From Deferribacterales bacterium (GTDB taxonomy: Bacteria; Chrysiogenota; Deferribacteres; Deferribacterales; Geovibrionaceae): 60,538 nucleotides of DNA. This document shows, piece after piece, positions 45,768-55,895 of this stretch; position 1 is the stretch's first letter; each line of letters starts with the position of its first letter. The translations under genes and the position numbers were made by a program. The notes beneath the pieces were generated by a model. It was given only the letters and a program-made list of their open reading frames with translations. It did not search any database and had not been told where the DNA came from. The DNA lies in contig JBFWJG010000007.1 in NCBI GenBank assembly GCA_050253335.1, positions 1-60,538 of the forward strand. The letters are read 5' to 3'.

Positions 45768-48599
45768 TTAGCGTTTAAGCGTGAGAAGTTCCTGAAGCAT
45801 TTCATCACTGGTCGTGATAACCCTTGAGTTCGCCTGGAAGCCTCTCTGCGTGGTGATCATGCTCACAAACTCGTTTGAGAGATCAACGTTGGAGTTTTCA
45901 AGCGCTCCGGACATTATCTCCCCTCTTGAGCCGCTCTGAGGCTTGCCTATGGCTGCTGTGCCCGAGTTTCCGGTTTCAGCAAACATAGTGTCGCCCACTT
46001 TCAGAAGACCCTGATTGTTTGTGAATGTCGCAAGCGCGACCTGAGCGACTGTCATGACCTCGCCGTTGGTGTAGTAGCCCACAATCTCTCCGGCGGGGTT
46101 GAATGTCACCTGCTCAAGGGAGCCCACTGCGTAGCCGTCCTGTTCCGCGCTGTTTTTGGATGATTCCTTGGCGGAGATATACACGCCGTCATAGCTTGCC
46201 GGGTTCCCGAGGAACATAGACACATTGTTTATCACACCTGCGCCGTTGGCAGGGTCAAAGTTAAAGCTGAGATCAGTTACCCTTGTCCCCGCAGGGGATG
46301 TTAGATAGTTGAACGAGCCGTCGTTATTGAAGTGCAGGAGTATCTCGTTGCCGCCAGTGGCATTAAAGGAAACGGACGTGTTCTCGTCAGTGGTGCTGAG
46401 CGAAAGCTTCCAGATATTCCCTGTGGAATTCACCATGTCGTAAGTATATTTAAGCGTGTGGGCATTACCCTGAGCGTCATATATCGTCTGAGTGGTTCCC
46501 ATCTGCCCGCCGCTGGCGTTCTGTGTTGTCTGATATTCAAAATAGTCGTAGAAGTTCTGATAACTCTGAGCTCCCACCACTTCAAACTTCAGGAAATCCA
46601 CCGCGTTTGACAGACCCTTTTCACCGGTAACTTTGATTTTGCCGCTGTTTTCCTCAATATCGCTGATGTGTTCGCTTATCTGGCTCTCAGTGGCGTTGTC
46701 AAAGCCGAGGTACCCTGCCATCATGGCACGAAGATCATCAACAGTTGAACCGAGGGCCGGAATGGTTCCTGTTCCCTGCAGATCCTCGCCGCCCACCGAG
46801 CCGGTGAACTGGAGAATTGCCGTATCATCGAGACCGAGGCTTTCGCCTGAGTTGGTGTAAAGTTCGGTAAGCAGATCAGAGCCTTCCGCATATCTGAGGA
46901 ATTCTTCTGAATAGCCGTAATCAGAAGAGGCGACAAACCCGGGGTCGTCATCCGGATCCACCGCCTGAATAGTGAGAGAACCTGCGGGAGTTATGTTGCT
47001 TTCAAAAACTGAGCCGCTGTACGCCTTGTCCACCATGAAGTTTGAAAGGGTAAGCCCTTCTGTCGTCCCTGTGAGCGTGTCGTACTCGCCGATGTTTCTG
47101 AACTCAAACCTTCCTGAAGCCTCGTCAAAGTTCACGCTGAACCTGTCTGCCTGAATGACGTTGCCGTCTATCGCCTGCTCAATAATCGCAGCAAGCTCCG
47201 CCAGAGTGTCAAAATCCCTTCCGGCGAATTTTGTCTGCTCAAAGAGTATCTCATCACTGCTTCTTGAGGTTGAGGCCTCGTTGTAGGTTCCCGCGAGAGA
47301 CTGCATGATAACGGCAAGATAGGGGCTTCCGCTGAATGAGTTGACCTGTATGTCTATACCGTTGTCCGTATCTCTTACTATCTGTATTTTACCGTTCACA
47401 ACGTTAACGCTGAAATCGGAAGCGGGCGCCGCTGCTGTATCGAAAGTGACTGTTTCGCCTGCCGCCCATGAGCCGCTCCACGCCGTGGAAGGGATAGTGA
47501 ACAGGGCATCCCCTGTGACAGGGTCCGCAGCTGTGTACGTCTGTCCTACCACGCCGCTGTTGACTGCTCCTGAAACTGAGCCGACAACATTAAATCTGGC
47601 GGGGTTTGTCGGGTCTATTGTCACAGTCCAGCTTTCTGTTGTTGCATATGAGGCGTTGGGAGTCACAACAGCTTCGTTGAATATGCCGTTAACAGTTGTT
47701 TCAACAAAGTTGTTTGCAACGGCTCCGTTGCCCACTGCTCCCTCAAGCTTGTTTTCTATTGCCGTGGCAAGCTCGCCCATGTTTTTAAAATCCACTCCGT
47801 ATGTAAATGTATACGGCGTGCTGTTTATGTAAACCAGCAGGTTGGATTCAGAGGCAAGGTTGAGGTTTACATCAGAATCATTGTAGGCGTAAAGCATATC
47901 GGTTATTTCGGTGGCGTGAGCCTTGATTATCACAGGCTCGTTTTCAGCAAGATCCATCTTCACGCCGTTTGTTGAGAAAACGGAGAAAATATCGTTTGAG
48001 CTGTCCGCGGTATGCAGAAGCGCCGGATACTCAAGTACGGAAGCATTTGCAACCGTGTTGAGAACAGCGTTCATTGAAACCTGTGTGGTAGCTTTTGCCT
48101 GAATGGTCTGAAAAGCGGAACCCACAACTATGTCGCCCACTTCGCCGTTGTCGATGAGCTCTCCCGTTAAGGGATCTGCCATCCACCCCTGCACAGGGTA
48201 GCCGGCGGCGTTGACAAATGTGCCGTAACGGTCAAAGTTGAAGTCGCCTGCCCTTGTGTAGTAATACTCATTGAGCCCTTCGCCCCTCACCACAAAAAAG
48301 CCCTCGCCCTGTATGGCAAGGTCTGTTGTCTTGCTTGTCGTTGTGGGCGTGCCTGCTTCAAATATATTGTCAACGGCAGCCAAATATCCGCCCAGACCCA
48401 CCTGACGGGGGTTTACCCCGCCTCTGGCGTCAGTGGGGGTTTTTCCGCCCACAAGCGTCTGGCTGAAAAGATCCTGAAAAACAGCACGGCCCGATTTAAA
48501 GCCTGTGGTGTTAACGTTTGATATATTGTTTCCTATTACGTCCATTGCTTTCTGATTGGTGTTCAGACCGCTGATGGCCGAATACAGTGAACGCATCAT
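45768..48599 (-). CDS. flgE: Flagellar hook protein FlgE (943 aa, very long)
   Basis: SLYSAISGL..GNNISNVNTTGFK, DLAIQGEGFF, YTRAGDF, LENSNVDL, QRGFQANSR. Confidence 0.93.
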   Translation of the reverse strand: MMRSLYSAISGLNTNQKAMDVIGNNISNVNTTGFKSGRAVFQDLFSQTLVGGKTPTDARGGVNPRQVGLGGYLAAVDNIFEAGTPTTTSKTTDLAIQGEGFFVVRGEGLNEYYYTRAGDFNFDRYGTFVNAAGYPVQGWMADPLTGELIDNGEVGDIVVGSAFQTIQAKATTQVSMNAVLNTVANASVLEYPALLHTADSSNDIFSVFSTNGVKMDLAENEPVIIKAHATEITDMLYAYNDSDVNLNLASESNLLVYINSTPYTFTYGVDFKNMGELATAIENKLEGAVGNGAVANNFVETTVNGIFNEAVVTPNASYATTESWTVTIDPTNPARFNVVGSVSGAVNSGVVGQTYTAADPVTGDALFTIPSTAWSGSWAAGETVTFDTAAAPASDFSVNVVNGKIQIVRDTDNGIDIQVNSFSGSPYLAVIMQSLAGTYNEASTSRSSDEILFEQTKFAGRDFDTLAELAAIIEQAIDGNVIQADRFSVNFDEASGRFEFRNIGEYDTLTGTTEGLTLSNFMVDKAYSGSVFESNITPAGSLTIQAVDPDDDPGFVASSDYGYSEEFLRYAEGSDLLTELYTNSGESLGLDDTAILQFTGSVGGEDLQGTGTIPALGSTVDDLRAMMAGYLGFDNATESQISEHISDIEENSGKIKVTGEKGLSNAVDFLKFEVVGAQSYQNFYDYFEYQTTQNASGGQMGTTQTIYDAQGNAHTLKYTYDMVNSTGNIWKLSLSTTDENTSVSFNATGGNEILLHFNNDGSFNYLTSPAGTRVTDLSFNFDPANGAGVINNVSMFLGNPASYDGVYISAKESSKNSAEQDGYAVGSLEQVTFNPAGEIVGYYTNGEVMTVAQVALATFTNNQGLLKVGDTMFAETGNSGTAAIGKPQSGSRGEIMSGALENSNVDLSNEFVSMITTQRGFQANSRVITTSDEMLQELLTLKR

Positions 48600-48656
48600 A
48601 AGCGCACTCCTTAATCCGCTGATTAAAAACGGGGAGAACCATCTCCCCTGACAGCC

Positions 48657-49349
48657 TTAATAGCTTCTTACCGCAATAACTTTATCAGCGTCGAGTTCCT
48701 GTCCGAAAAGATCAAAAACGATTTTGCCGTCCTTCTGTGAAACACCGGACACATAGCCGTTTCCGTAGGTTGTTGCGTCAATCTCATTACCGGTGGTGTC
48801 GTAAGCCTTTACAACAAACTTGTACTGACCTGCGGCCACAGTTTCGCCTTCTCCGTTTGTTCCGTTCCAGGCTATGCTGTTTCTGCCGGAATCAAGCTGA
48901 CCCGCATCCACTGCGTTAACCAGATTGCCCGCTGCGTCGTAAACGTAGATCTCTGTTTTGTAGCTTGCCGTATCAAGATCGAAATCAATAACGGCACTTT
49001 CACCGTCGAAGACAACAGAGTTTCCTTCATACTCCACCAGCTTGCCGATAAAGCTTGAAGCACTGAACAGAGTGTCCATGCTGCCGGAATCCGCGCCGCC
49101 GTCCACAAGCTTGTCTACCGCTTCGCTGATGCTCACAAGCTGCTCCACCATAGAGAACTGGCTGGTCTGGCTTGTGAGCTGGTTGTTGTCCATCGGCTCC
49201 AGAGGATCCTGATTCTTGAGCTGGCTTATGAACAGGTTAAGGAAATCCATCATGTCCATTTCGGTGGTTCCGGTTTCCTTGTCCTTTTTCCCGGTGTTCG
49301 AGCTTCCGCCATTAAGAATATTCTGAACCGAATCAGATATCGTGGTCAT
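48657..49349 (-). CDS. flgD: Hook capping protein FlgD
   Basis: FLNLFISQLKNQDPLEPMD, WNG...G.Y. Confidence 0.93.
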   Translation of the reverse strand: MTTISDSVQNILNGGSSNTGKKDKETGTTEMDMMDFLNLFISQLKNQDPLEPMDNNQLTSQTSQFSMVEQLVSISEAVDKLVDGGADSGSMDTLFSASSFIGKLVEYEGNSVVFDGESAVIDFDLDTASYKTEIYVYDAAGNLVNAVDAGQLDSGRNSIAWNGTNGEGETVAAGQYKFVVKAYDTTGNEIDATTYGNGYVSGVSQKDGKIVFDLFGQELDADKVIAVRSY

Positions 49350-49363
49350 AATAACCTCCGGAT

Positions 49364-50494
49364 TTACGCGTAGAGCCCTCTGGAGGGGTCGACTGCTTCT
49401 TCGGAAGCGTCATCCAGCGCAAATTCACTTTTACCGCCGCCTGAGTTTTTCTTCCTGAAAAACTGCTGGTCGGTTCCGTCCTTGGAGTCCTTTTCGGCAA
49501 AGAAAAATTCCATTTTTTCAAGCACTATCCCTTTTGCTTCCAGCTGCTGTCTCACGCTTTCTGCGTTGTTGACAAGCAGGTTTCTCGCCTGGTCGCTTTC
49601 CATAGTGATCCGGGCGCTTATCTTGCCGGCGTTGTCAACCAGCTCGATATGCAGCTTACCCAATTCTTTCGGCATAAGCTGTATGGTAAGCTTTTTCTGA
49701 TCGCCTGCCTTCGTGTACTGAATGAAGTCGGCAATCTTATTAATATCTCGGGGCGTTACTATTTTCAGCTCAGGTTGTTCCTGTTCCATTGAAAAATTCT
49801 GCCCTGATTTAAGTACGGCTTCCCCTACTTCCATGTCGGGAAGATCCGCTGTTGTGGTTTTCGTAATCTGTTCCCCTTGGGGAACCTGTTCCGCGGTCAG
49901 CGGCTTCACAATCTCGGCAACCTTGACTTCCTCTCTGCCTATCTTTGCCTCTTTGGGCATGACAAGCTTTTCAAAAGCCTCGCTCGCCGCCTGCTGCTCG
50001 CTGTCTGTAAGGTTCTGTTCCGTCTGTGCGTAGCCCTTTGCTTTAAGGGCTTTCAGCATGGCGGAATCAAGACCGGTACTGCCCGCTGCGTTCTGTGCAT
50101 CTTCCGCAACGAATGCCTCTGAGAGCTTGCCCACGGTCTCCTCAACGCTGATTCCGTTCAGCATGAGCACTTCCTCAAGATTCTCAAGGAATGCGACCGC
50201 ATCCTCCTCGGTTTCCAGAGCGTCAAGTTCCTTCTTTAACTGCTCTTTCTGTTCCGCGGGGATATCAAGCCCGTCAATTACTTTTCCGGCCTCAGCACGG
50301 GGATCGGCTTTTTTTTCCGTTCGTCCGGCTGAGGCCTTGTCAGAGACGGCCTCTGTTCCGGTTCCGCCCAGCCTGCTTTTGAGAAAGTCGTCAAAAGAGC
50401 TTTTAGGAGCCTGAGAACCGCTCTGTGCGGAGATGGCGGTGCCGAATGAGGGGATTCTTCCCGTACCCGGCGTGATGAATGACATCAAATCCAT
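49364..50494 (-). CDS. fliK: Hook-length control protein FliK
   Basis: C-terminal L.PKELGKL.I.L T3S4 domain; upstream of flgD; ATG 50494 after GGAGG. Confidence 0.85.
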   Translation of the reverse strand: MDLMSFITPGTGRIPSFGTAISAQSGSQAPKSSFDDFLKSRLGGTGTEAVSDKASAGRTEKKADPRAEAGKVIDGLDIPAEQKEQLKKELDALETEEDAVAFLENLEEVLMLNGISVEETVGKLSEAFVAEDAQNAAGSTGLDSAMLKALKAKGYAQTEQNLTDSEQQAASEAFEKLVMPKEAKIGREEVKVAEIVKPLTAEQVPQGEQITKTTTADLPDMEVGEAVLKSGQNFSMEQEQPELKIVTPRDINKIADFIQYTKAGDQKKLTIQLMPKELGKLHIELVDNAGKISARITMESDQARNLLVNNAESVRQQLEAKGIVLEKMEFFFAEKDSKDGTDQQFFRKKNSGGGKSEFALDDASEEAVDPSRGLYA

Positions 50495-50517
50495 TGACAC
50501 ACCTCCGCAGTGTGTAT

Positions 50518-50534
50518 AGAAAAGTCCGTGCCAA
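50518..50534 (-). promoter_or_regulatory. Probable sigma54 (-24/-12) promoter for fliK-flgD-flgE
   Basis: TTGGCACGGACTTTTCT (TGGCAC-N5-TTTCT; one mismatch in the -12 box). Confidence 0.6.
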
Positions 50535-50695
50535 ATTGTCTCTGAGTCTCTTCAGATCGGGGTTCAGGATAAAAAATTCCGTGAAAATCAATGGTTTGAT
50601 TGTGATCAGGCTAAAGTTTTCCGATGAGCTGACGATATACGATCAGGAAGTTTATTCCTGATCAGGCAGTAAAAATTTGCCATCCATGGCAATTT

Positions 50696-51835
50696 TTACT
50701 TCAAAGAAGCACCCTGCTCCCCCCTTTCAAGAAAATCAGCAATAATTTCTGCGCCTTTCTGAGAAGGGTTGAGTCCGTGAAAAAGCCTGCCGACCTTTTC
50801 TACTTCCTCTTTTACAGAATCATACGAAGCAAAAACTTTTTCTGTGTAGTCAAGGAGCTTGAAGACATTTGCATCGTCCTGCACTGCTTCGGGAACTATG
50901 GCTTTTCCCGCCACAAGATTGGGCAGGCCGATAAACTTTATTTTCAGCAGAAGCCGCCCTATAAACGCGGTAAGTCCGCCTACTTTGTAAAGAATAACCA
51001 TAGGGGTTCCGCTCACGGCGGTTTCAAGGCTGGCAGTGCCGGAGCATACCCAGACAAGATCCGTATGCTTCATTATATCCGCTGTGAGGGCGGCGACCCT
51101 GTAGTCCCGTCTTTTCATAACAGAGGCGAGCAGTTCCCCGCTCACCGACTCTGCCTTGGATATAATGAACTGGTATTTGTCTTTAAGGCTGTCTGCGGCG
51201 GCAAGCATAACGGGCAGAAGGGTTTCCACCTCTTTCCGCCTGCTTCCGGGGAGTATTCCTATTGTTTTTTTATCAGGATCAAGCCCCGCCGCACGGAAGA
51301 AAGACTCCCTGTCCGCATATCTGCACTCAAGGTGATCCACAACAGGATTGCCTATGAAGCGGGCGTTTATCCCCTCTTTTCTGAAGATTTCCTCCTCAAA
51401 AGGGAGGATGCAGAGGAGAAGATCCACACATTTTCTTATTGTTTTTACTCTTTTGTAATTCCATGCCCAGACCTGCGGGGCGATGAAATAGATAACCGGA
51501 ATGCCTGAGCCCTCAAGCTTTTTTGCGAACCGCAGATTAAAACCCGGATAATCCACAAGAATAACCGCATCCGGCTTGATTTCGCTTATTTTTTCCAGAA
51601 GAACGTCACGGACTTTGAAAAAGAAGGGGAGTTTTTTAAGAATGCCGTCCAGACCGATCACACTCAGGTCATTTATATCGTAATACTGTTCCTGCCCTAG
51701 GGCGCGGAGGCGGGCTCCGCCGGTTCCGAACGCTTTTATATCGTAATAGGCGGAAAGTTCTCTGATCAGGTTGGCAGCATGAGTATCGCCGGACTGCTCC
51801 CCGGCGATGATAAAGATCTTTTTACTTTTCAACAT
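50696..51835 (-). CDS. lpxB: Lipid-A-disaccharide synthase
   Basis: AGEQSGD, VDYPGFN, PQVWAW, LPFE, LPGSR, SGTASLE, LPN. Confidence 0.95.
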   Translation of the reverse strand: MLKSKKIFIIAGEQSGDTHAANLIRELSAYYDIKAFGTGGARLRALGQEQYYDINDLSVIGLDGILKKLPFFFKVRDVLLEKISEIKPDAVILVDYPGFNLRFAKKLEGSGIPVIYFIAPQVWAWNYKRVKTIRKCVDLLLCILPFEEEIFRKEGINARFIGNPVVDHLECRYADRESFFRAAGLDPDKKTIGILPGSRRKEVETLLPVMLAAADSLKDKYQFIISKAESVSGELLASVMKRRDYRVAALTADIMKHTDLVWVCSGTASLETAVSGTPMVILYKVGGLTAFIGRLLLKIKFIGLPNLVAGKAIVPEAVQDDANVFKLLDYTEKVFASYDSVKEEVEKVGRLFHGLNPSQKGAEIIADFLERGEQGASLK

Positions 51836-54188
51836 AGGGCGTCAGAAAAACCAGAAGCTCTTTTCTTGTGGTTCTTTTCTGAGTCCCCTTAAAAAGATGT
51901 CCGAGTATGGGCAACTTGCTGAGTCCCGGCACTCCCTGAACATAGTTAATCTCCTCGTCCTCGTACAGACCGCCTATTACCGTTGTCTCACCGTTGGCAA
52001 GGAGAACCTTTGTCTCCGCCTTTTTCTCGTCTGCGGTGGCGGTTGTGGCTGTTATTTCGCCGAGTGTACTTTTTTCCACAAGAATATCAAGGAAAACCAT
52101 GTCATTTGAGGTTATGTGGGGCTTAACGGTAAGAATGATCCCCGTGTCGATCTCTTCGGTATTGGTATCATCACCGGAAGGAACGATCAGAGCCTTGCTG
52201 CCGCTTTTTATAGTTGCCTCCATATTGTCCAGAGTGGTCACCCTGGGGCTGGAGATTGTTTTCGCCTTGTTCTGGCTTTCAAGGGCGCTTAACGCGAGGT
52301 CAAGCCCGAATGTGCCTGTTCTGTTCATCATGCCGAGGGCGAACGTGCCCACGGACTCAGCGGCGGGAATGTTCACCATATATCCGCTGGAATCCCCGCC
52401 CACGTTGACAGTGTTGGGGAAGTGAACCTTGGTTGTGTCTCTGACAGTGGCTCCCCACTGAACACCGAAATTAAGGCTGTTGATGTCGGAGACTTCAACA
52501 ATCCTCGCCTCTATGGTTACCTGAGGCGTGCGTTTGTCCACGGTTTTCATGAGGCGTCTGACTTCGGTTATAACATCCGCAGTGTCCCTTACGACAAAGC
52601 TGTTTGTTCTGGCCTCCACCTCAACGCTGCCCCTCTTGGAGAGAACTGATTTCACTATGCCGGAAAGTGAAGCGGCATCGGAGAAGTTAACCGGAACTAT
52701 CTCTGTTTTCAGGGGAGCAAGCTCTTTCGCCTGCTCGGCGGCGCGCATTTTTGCCGCTTCCGAGTTCTGTCTCTCCTCGTATTTCTGGGTTGAGGTTATC
52801 CAGACTATGCCGTTCTCCTCTATTCTGGTCAGGTTTCTGTCACGGAGAATAAGTTTGAGTGCGGTTTCATAGTCAACCTCTTTGAGATAAAGCGTAACCT
52901 TTCCCGCAACCTCTTCACCGAATATAACGTTCTTTGCCCTGCCGAAATAAATGAGGCGTATCGCCTCACGGAGATCCATGTCCTTCATGTTGAGGGTCAC
53001 GAGGTCTTCCTTCTTCGGAGCTTTGTCCCCTTCGGCGGAAGATGCCGAGGCAGGCTCGGAGAGCTCCATGTCAGCCCTTGCGAACTCCTCAAAGCTGGCG
53101 CTTACAAGTATTCCGTCCTGAGTTTCATCCACTCTGGCGTATATATCCTTTTCAGGGGTGAAGACTATGACCGGCTTGCCGTCTATCTTCAGAATTTCCA
53201 CATTTTTAAAGGGAAGTCCCGCAAAGCTGAACCTGTTCTGCACGGTGCCGAGCATCTTCACATCCTGATCAAATTCAAGATGAAGGGCGTTGTTCACCAC
53301 TTTTTTAGTGTAGCTTACCCTGCCTATGAAGCGGACTATTATGCTCTGAACATTTTTGTAGTGCAGGGCGTCAACCGCCGCTATGTATCTGCTGTCCGCG
53401 GGGACTGCGTCCATCTCGCTGGAGACTGTGAGCCTGTCGCCGTCCTGTCCGGCGAAAAGAGGCATCCGCGAGGTCACCTTCATAAGGAACCGCACCTTCT
53501 TGGGCGGGTAATACTCGCCGACTTTCACATCGGAAACCATCCCCTGCGCGGAGTATCTCTTTTTGTTAAGCGAGCTTGTGACATCAAAAAGATCCACATA
53601 CATGGTGCTGTCATCAAGGTAGCCGTAGTCATATCTTGCTATGCCGTCCAGCCCGAACTCAAGCTTCAGCATGGAACTGTCCGAAAGGTTGCGGAAACTG
53701 CGGACGCTTGATGCCAGCCCCGCTTTTTCAGGAGCGACAGCCCCCACATCCATTCCGTATTTCTCAAGAGCCGCAGTGCTTCCCTTAAACACACGGAAGG
53801 TGAGGCTCAGCATCGTTTTATCCTGAGAGTAGTCGTAATCCACATTTTCAGTGAGGAGAATCTCTATCTGGCTTGCGTCTTTTCCGGGCAGGAAAGCAAG
53901 CCCTTCAACCACTTCATCGGAGAAGTTGTACTTGAGCACCTCATCGTTCATAACCGTGGAAGGAGCAAAAACCACAAGCTTATAGGGGCTTTTCGAGTAA
54001 AGCACCCTGAACTGCGTTTCCTCCGCGGAACGCAGGCTCAGCGCGTATTCCCCGTCCCCAAGATCGACTATCCTGATTCCGGAAAGCAGGTTGCCCTTAA
54101 CAGAGGCTTCCTCCACAGGCTGTTTCCCTGCGCAGGACAGCACTGCAAAAAGCGTCAGTATCAAAACTAGTATTCTGTATCTGCTCAT
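51822..54188 (-). CDS. pilQ: Type IV pilus secretin PilQ
   Basis: Lipobox LSC, AMIN-like domains, PQVTIEARIVEV, SSPRVTT, GETTVIGG, VP.LSKLPILG.LF, ELLVFLTP. Confidence 0.92.
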   Translation of the reverse strand: MSRYRILVLILTLFAVLSCAGKQPVEEASVKGNLLSGIRIVDLGDGEYALSLRSAEETQFRVLYSKSPYKLVVFAPSTVMNDEVLKYNFSDEVVEGLAFLPGKDASQIEILLTENVDYDYSQDKTMLSLTFRVFKGSTAALEKYGMDVGAVAPEKAGLASSVRSFRNLSDSSMLKLEFGLDGIARYDYGYLDDSTMYVDLFDVTSSLNKKRYSAQGMVSDVKVGEYYPPKKVRFLMKVTSRMPLFAGQDGDRLTVSSEMDAVPADSRYIAAVDALHYKNVQSIIVRFIGRVSYTKKVVNNALHLEFDQDVKMLGTVQNRFSFAGLPFKNVEILKIDGKPVIVFTPEKDIYARVDETQDGILVSASFEEFARADMELSEPASASSAEGDKAPKKEDLVTLNMKDMDLREAIRLIYFGRAKNVIFGEEVAGKVTLYLKEVDYETALKLILRDRNLTRIEENGIVWITSTQKYEERQNSEAAKMRAAEQAKELAPLKTEIVPVNFSDAASLSGIVKSVLSKRGSVEVEARTNSFVVRDTADVITEVRRLMKTVDKRTPQVTIEARIVEVSDINSLNFGVQWGATVRDTTKVHFPNTVNVGGDSSGYMVNIPAAESVGTFALGMMNRTGTFGLDLALSALESQNKAKTISSPRVTTLDNMEATIKSGSKALIVPSGDDTNTEEIDTGIILTVKPHITSNDMVFLDILVEKSTLGEITATTATADEKKAETKVLLANGETTVIGGLYEDEEINYVQGVPGLSKLPILGHLFKGTQKRTTRKELLVFLTPYVEK

Positions 54189-54730
54189 GAGGTCTTCTCC
54201 TTTGAGGAATCGTCTTTAAGATGGTCGAGTTTTATATCTTTTATCTCGGTTTTTATGTTGCCGAATATGTCTTTGCTGTTGTCCCGCACTTTTATGTAGT
54301 CCTGCCCGATAAATATTATCGTGCTGCGGTTGGCGCTGAATATGTCCCCTGCTTTCAGGTAGAAGCTGGCGTCAGCCACCGCGAGAACGGCTATGTTGCC
54401 TATCTCTCCCGTCAGGATGCCAACAAGCTTAAACTCGTCAAAGGCGGGAACAAGAATCGGGTTGAGGGTTTCAGCTTCTTCTTCCTGCGCCTGCCTGTAC
54501 TCGTCAACAACGCTTATGAACGGATCCTTGACAAAGGTGTATGAAGGGGGCACATACTCTGTGCTGAAAAGCTCGATAAGTTCGGCTTTCTGTTTCTCAA
54601 GCTTCTCAAAGTTAACCTCAATGGGCTTGACCGACTTTTCCTCCGCCCTTTCTTTCATGAGGGCTTCACGGTCAATCTCAGTGCATCCGAAAAGAAGGAG
54701 AACTGAAAGAACTGATAACGCTTTTATCAT
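54185..54730 (-). CDS. pilP: Pilus assembly lipoprotein PilP
   Basis: Lipobox LFGC, DPF, LVGIL; position in pilMNOPQ. Confidence 0.8.
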   Translation of the reverse strand: MIKALSVLSVLLLFGCTEIDREALMKERAEEKSVKPIEVNFEKLEKQKAELIELFSTEYVPPSYTFVKDPFISVVDEYRQAQEEEAETLNPILVPAFDEFKLVGILTGEIGNIAVLAVADASFYLKAGDIFSANRSTIIFIGQDYIKVRDNSKDIFGNIKTEIKDIKLDHLKDDSSKEKTS

Positions 54731-55353
54731 TTATCGCCCCCTTTCTTCGCTTTGGAGGCCGCTTTCTTGGATTTTGCCGCAGGTTCCGCGGAACCGGAGC
54801 TGAATTTATATGAATTGAGGCTCGCGGACACATCCAGAACCTTTTCGCCGGTTTTGGACTTGAGCACGTTTATCTGCATGTTCTGAAGATTGATAATCTT
54901 GTTCAGGTAGTTGATGTCATAGAGGTATCTGACAAAGTTCTGGTACTGTGTCTCCATCTTGACATTGAAGTTTACGCTAGAGTGAAAGCCGTCTATCTTT
55001 TTCTCGCCTCCGGGCTGAAAAAGGGTGACCTTGACGCCGTCTTTCTCGGCCAGTCCCACAGCTTCGTCATAAAGCAGATAGTAGCCTTTTTCATCGGGAA
55101 GAACCTTGAGAACAATCTGAAACTGCTCTTCCATCATCTCAAGCTGTTTCTTGAAGTCGTCATATGCCAGAGCATAGGGCTTCACGTCATTTATCTTATA
55201 CACGAGGTCGTCATATTCCTTTTCAAGCTGTTCCATCTTCTCCTGAAGAGGCATAAGAAACAGATAGTAATATCCGCCGATGATCACGGCGATGAGCGCT
55301 ATCTCAATCAGAAGCCTGAAGCGGAAGGGAATGGCGGCAAATTTTTTAAGCAT
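54727..55353 (-). CDS. pilO: Pilus assembly protein PilO
   Basis: TM plus coiled coil plus LP; operon position. Confidence 0.88.
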   Translation of the reverse strand: MLKKFAAIPFRFRLLIEIALIAVIIGGYYYLFLMPLQEKMEQLEKEYDDLVYKINDVKPYALAYDDFKKQLEMMEEQFQIVLKVLPDEKGYYLLYDEAVGLAEKDGVKVTLFQPGGEKKIDGFHSSVNFNVKMETQYQNFVRYLYDINYLNKIINLQNMQINVLKSKTGEKVLDVSASLNSYKFSSGSAEPAAKSKKAASKAKKGGDK

Positions 55354-55895
55354 CAGTCCAACCTCACGCCGGCGGTAATTACAAAATTGTTTATCTCAAC
55401 GGTTTCCTCGTCTTTCTTGTCCGCTTTTTCAAGGTCGATTGTGGAGAACATCTTGGTTTCGTACAGCTTCATAACAAAGCTGTTAACCGATGAAACCCGC
55501 AGGGAGGAGCAGCTGAGCACGATTTTGTTCCCCTCGAATTTGATGCTGCTTGTCCAGACATCATCCGGCATGGAGTGCTCTATGTTGGTCAGTATTTTGT
55601 AATAGCCTTTCTGCCCTTCTTTAAGCTTGCGGACTATCTCTATTTTTTTCTGGATTTCATCCATCTGGGTGCGGAACCGCTCCACTTCCTGCTTAACGCT
55701 CTGAAGCTTCCTGAACTCCCTCTGTTTTATGTTAACCTGTTCCTCAAGATACGCAATTTTCGCGTTCACAGTCATGTTGAACAGCATGATCCCTGCGAAA
55801 ACCGCAACAACCGCCAGAACAAAAGCGCTCAGCTCGATCTGTATCGGTTTGATTTTCTTTTTGCGCTTCCTGCCCAGCAGGTTAACCCTTATCAT
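55353..55895 (-). CDS. pilN: Pilus assembly protein PilN
   Basis: IRVNLL PilM-binding motif, TM, coiled coil, PDDVW. Confidence 0.9.
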   Translation of the reverse strand: MIRVNLLGRKRKKKIKPIQIELSAFVLAVVAVFAGIMLFNMTVNAKIAYLEEQVNIKQREFRKLQSVKQEVERFRTQMDEIQKKIEIVRKLKEGQKGYYKILTNIEHSMPDDVWTSSIKFEGNKIVLSCSSLRVSSVNSFVMKLYETKMFSTIDLEKADKKDEETVEINNFVITAGVRLD

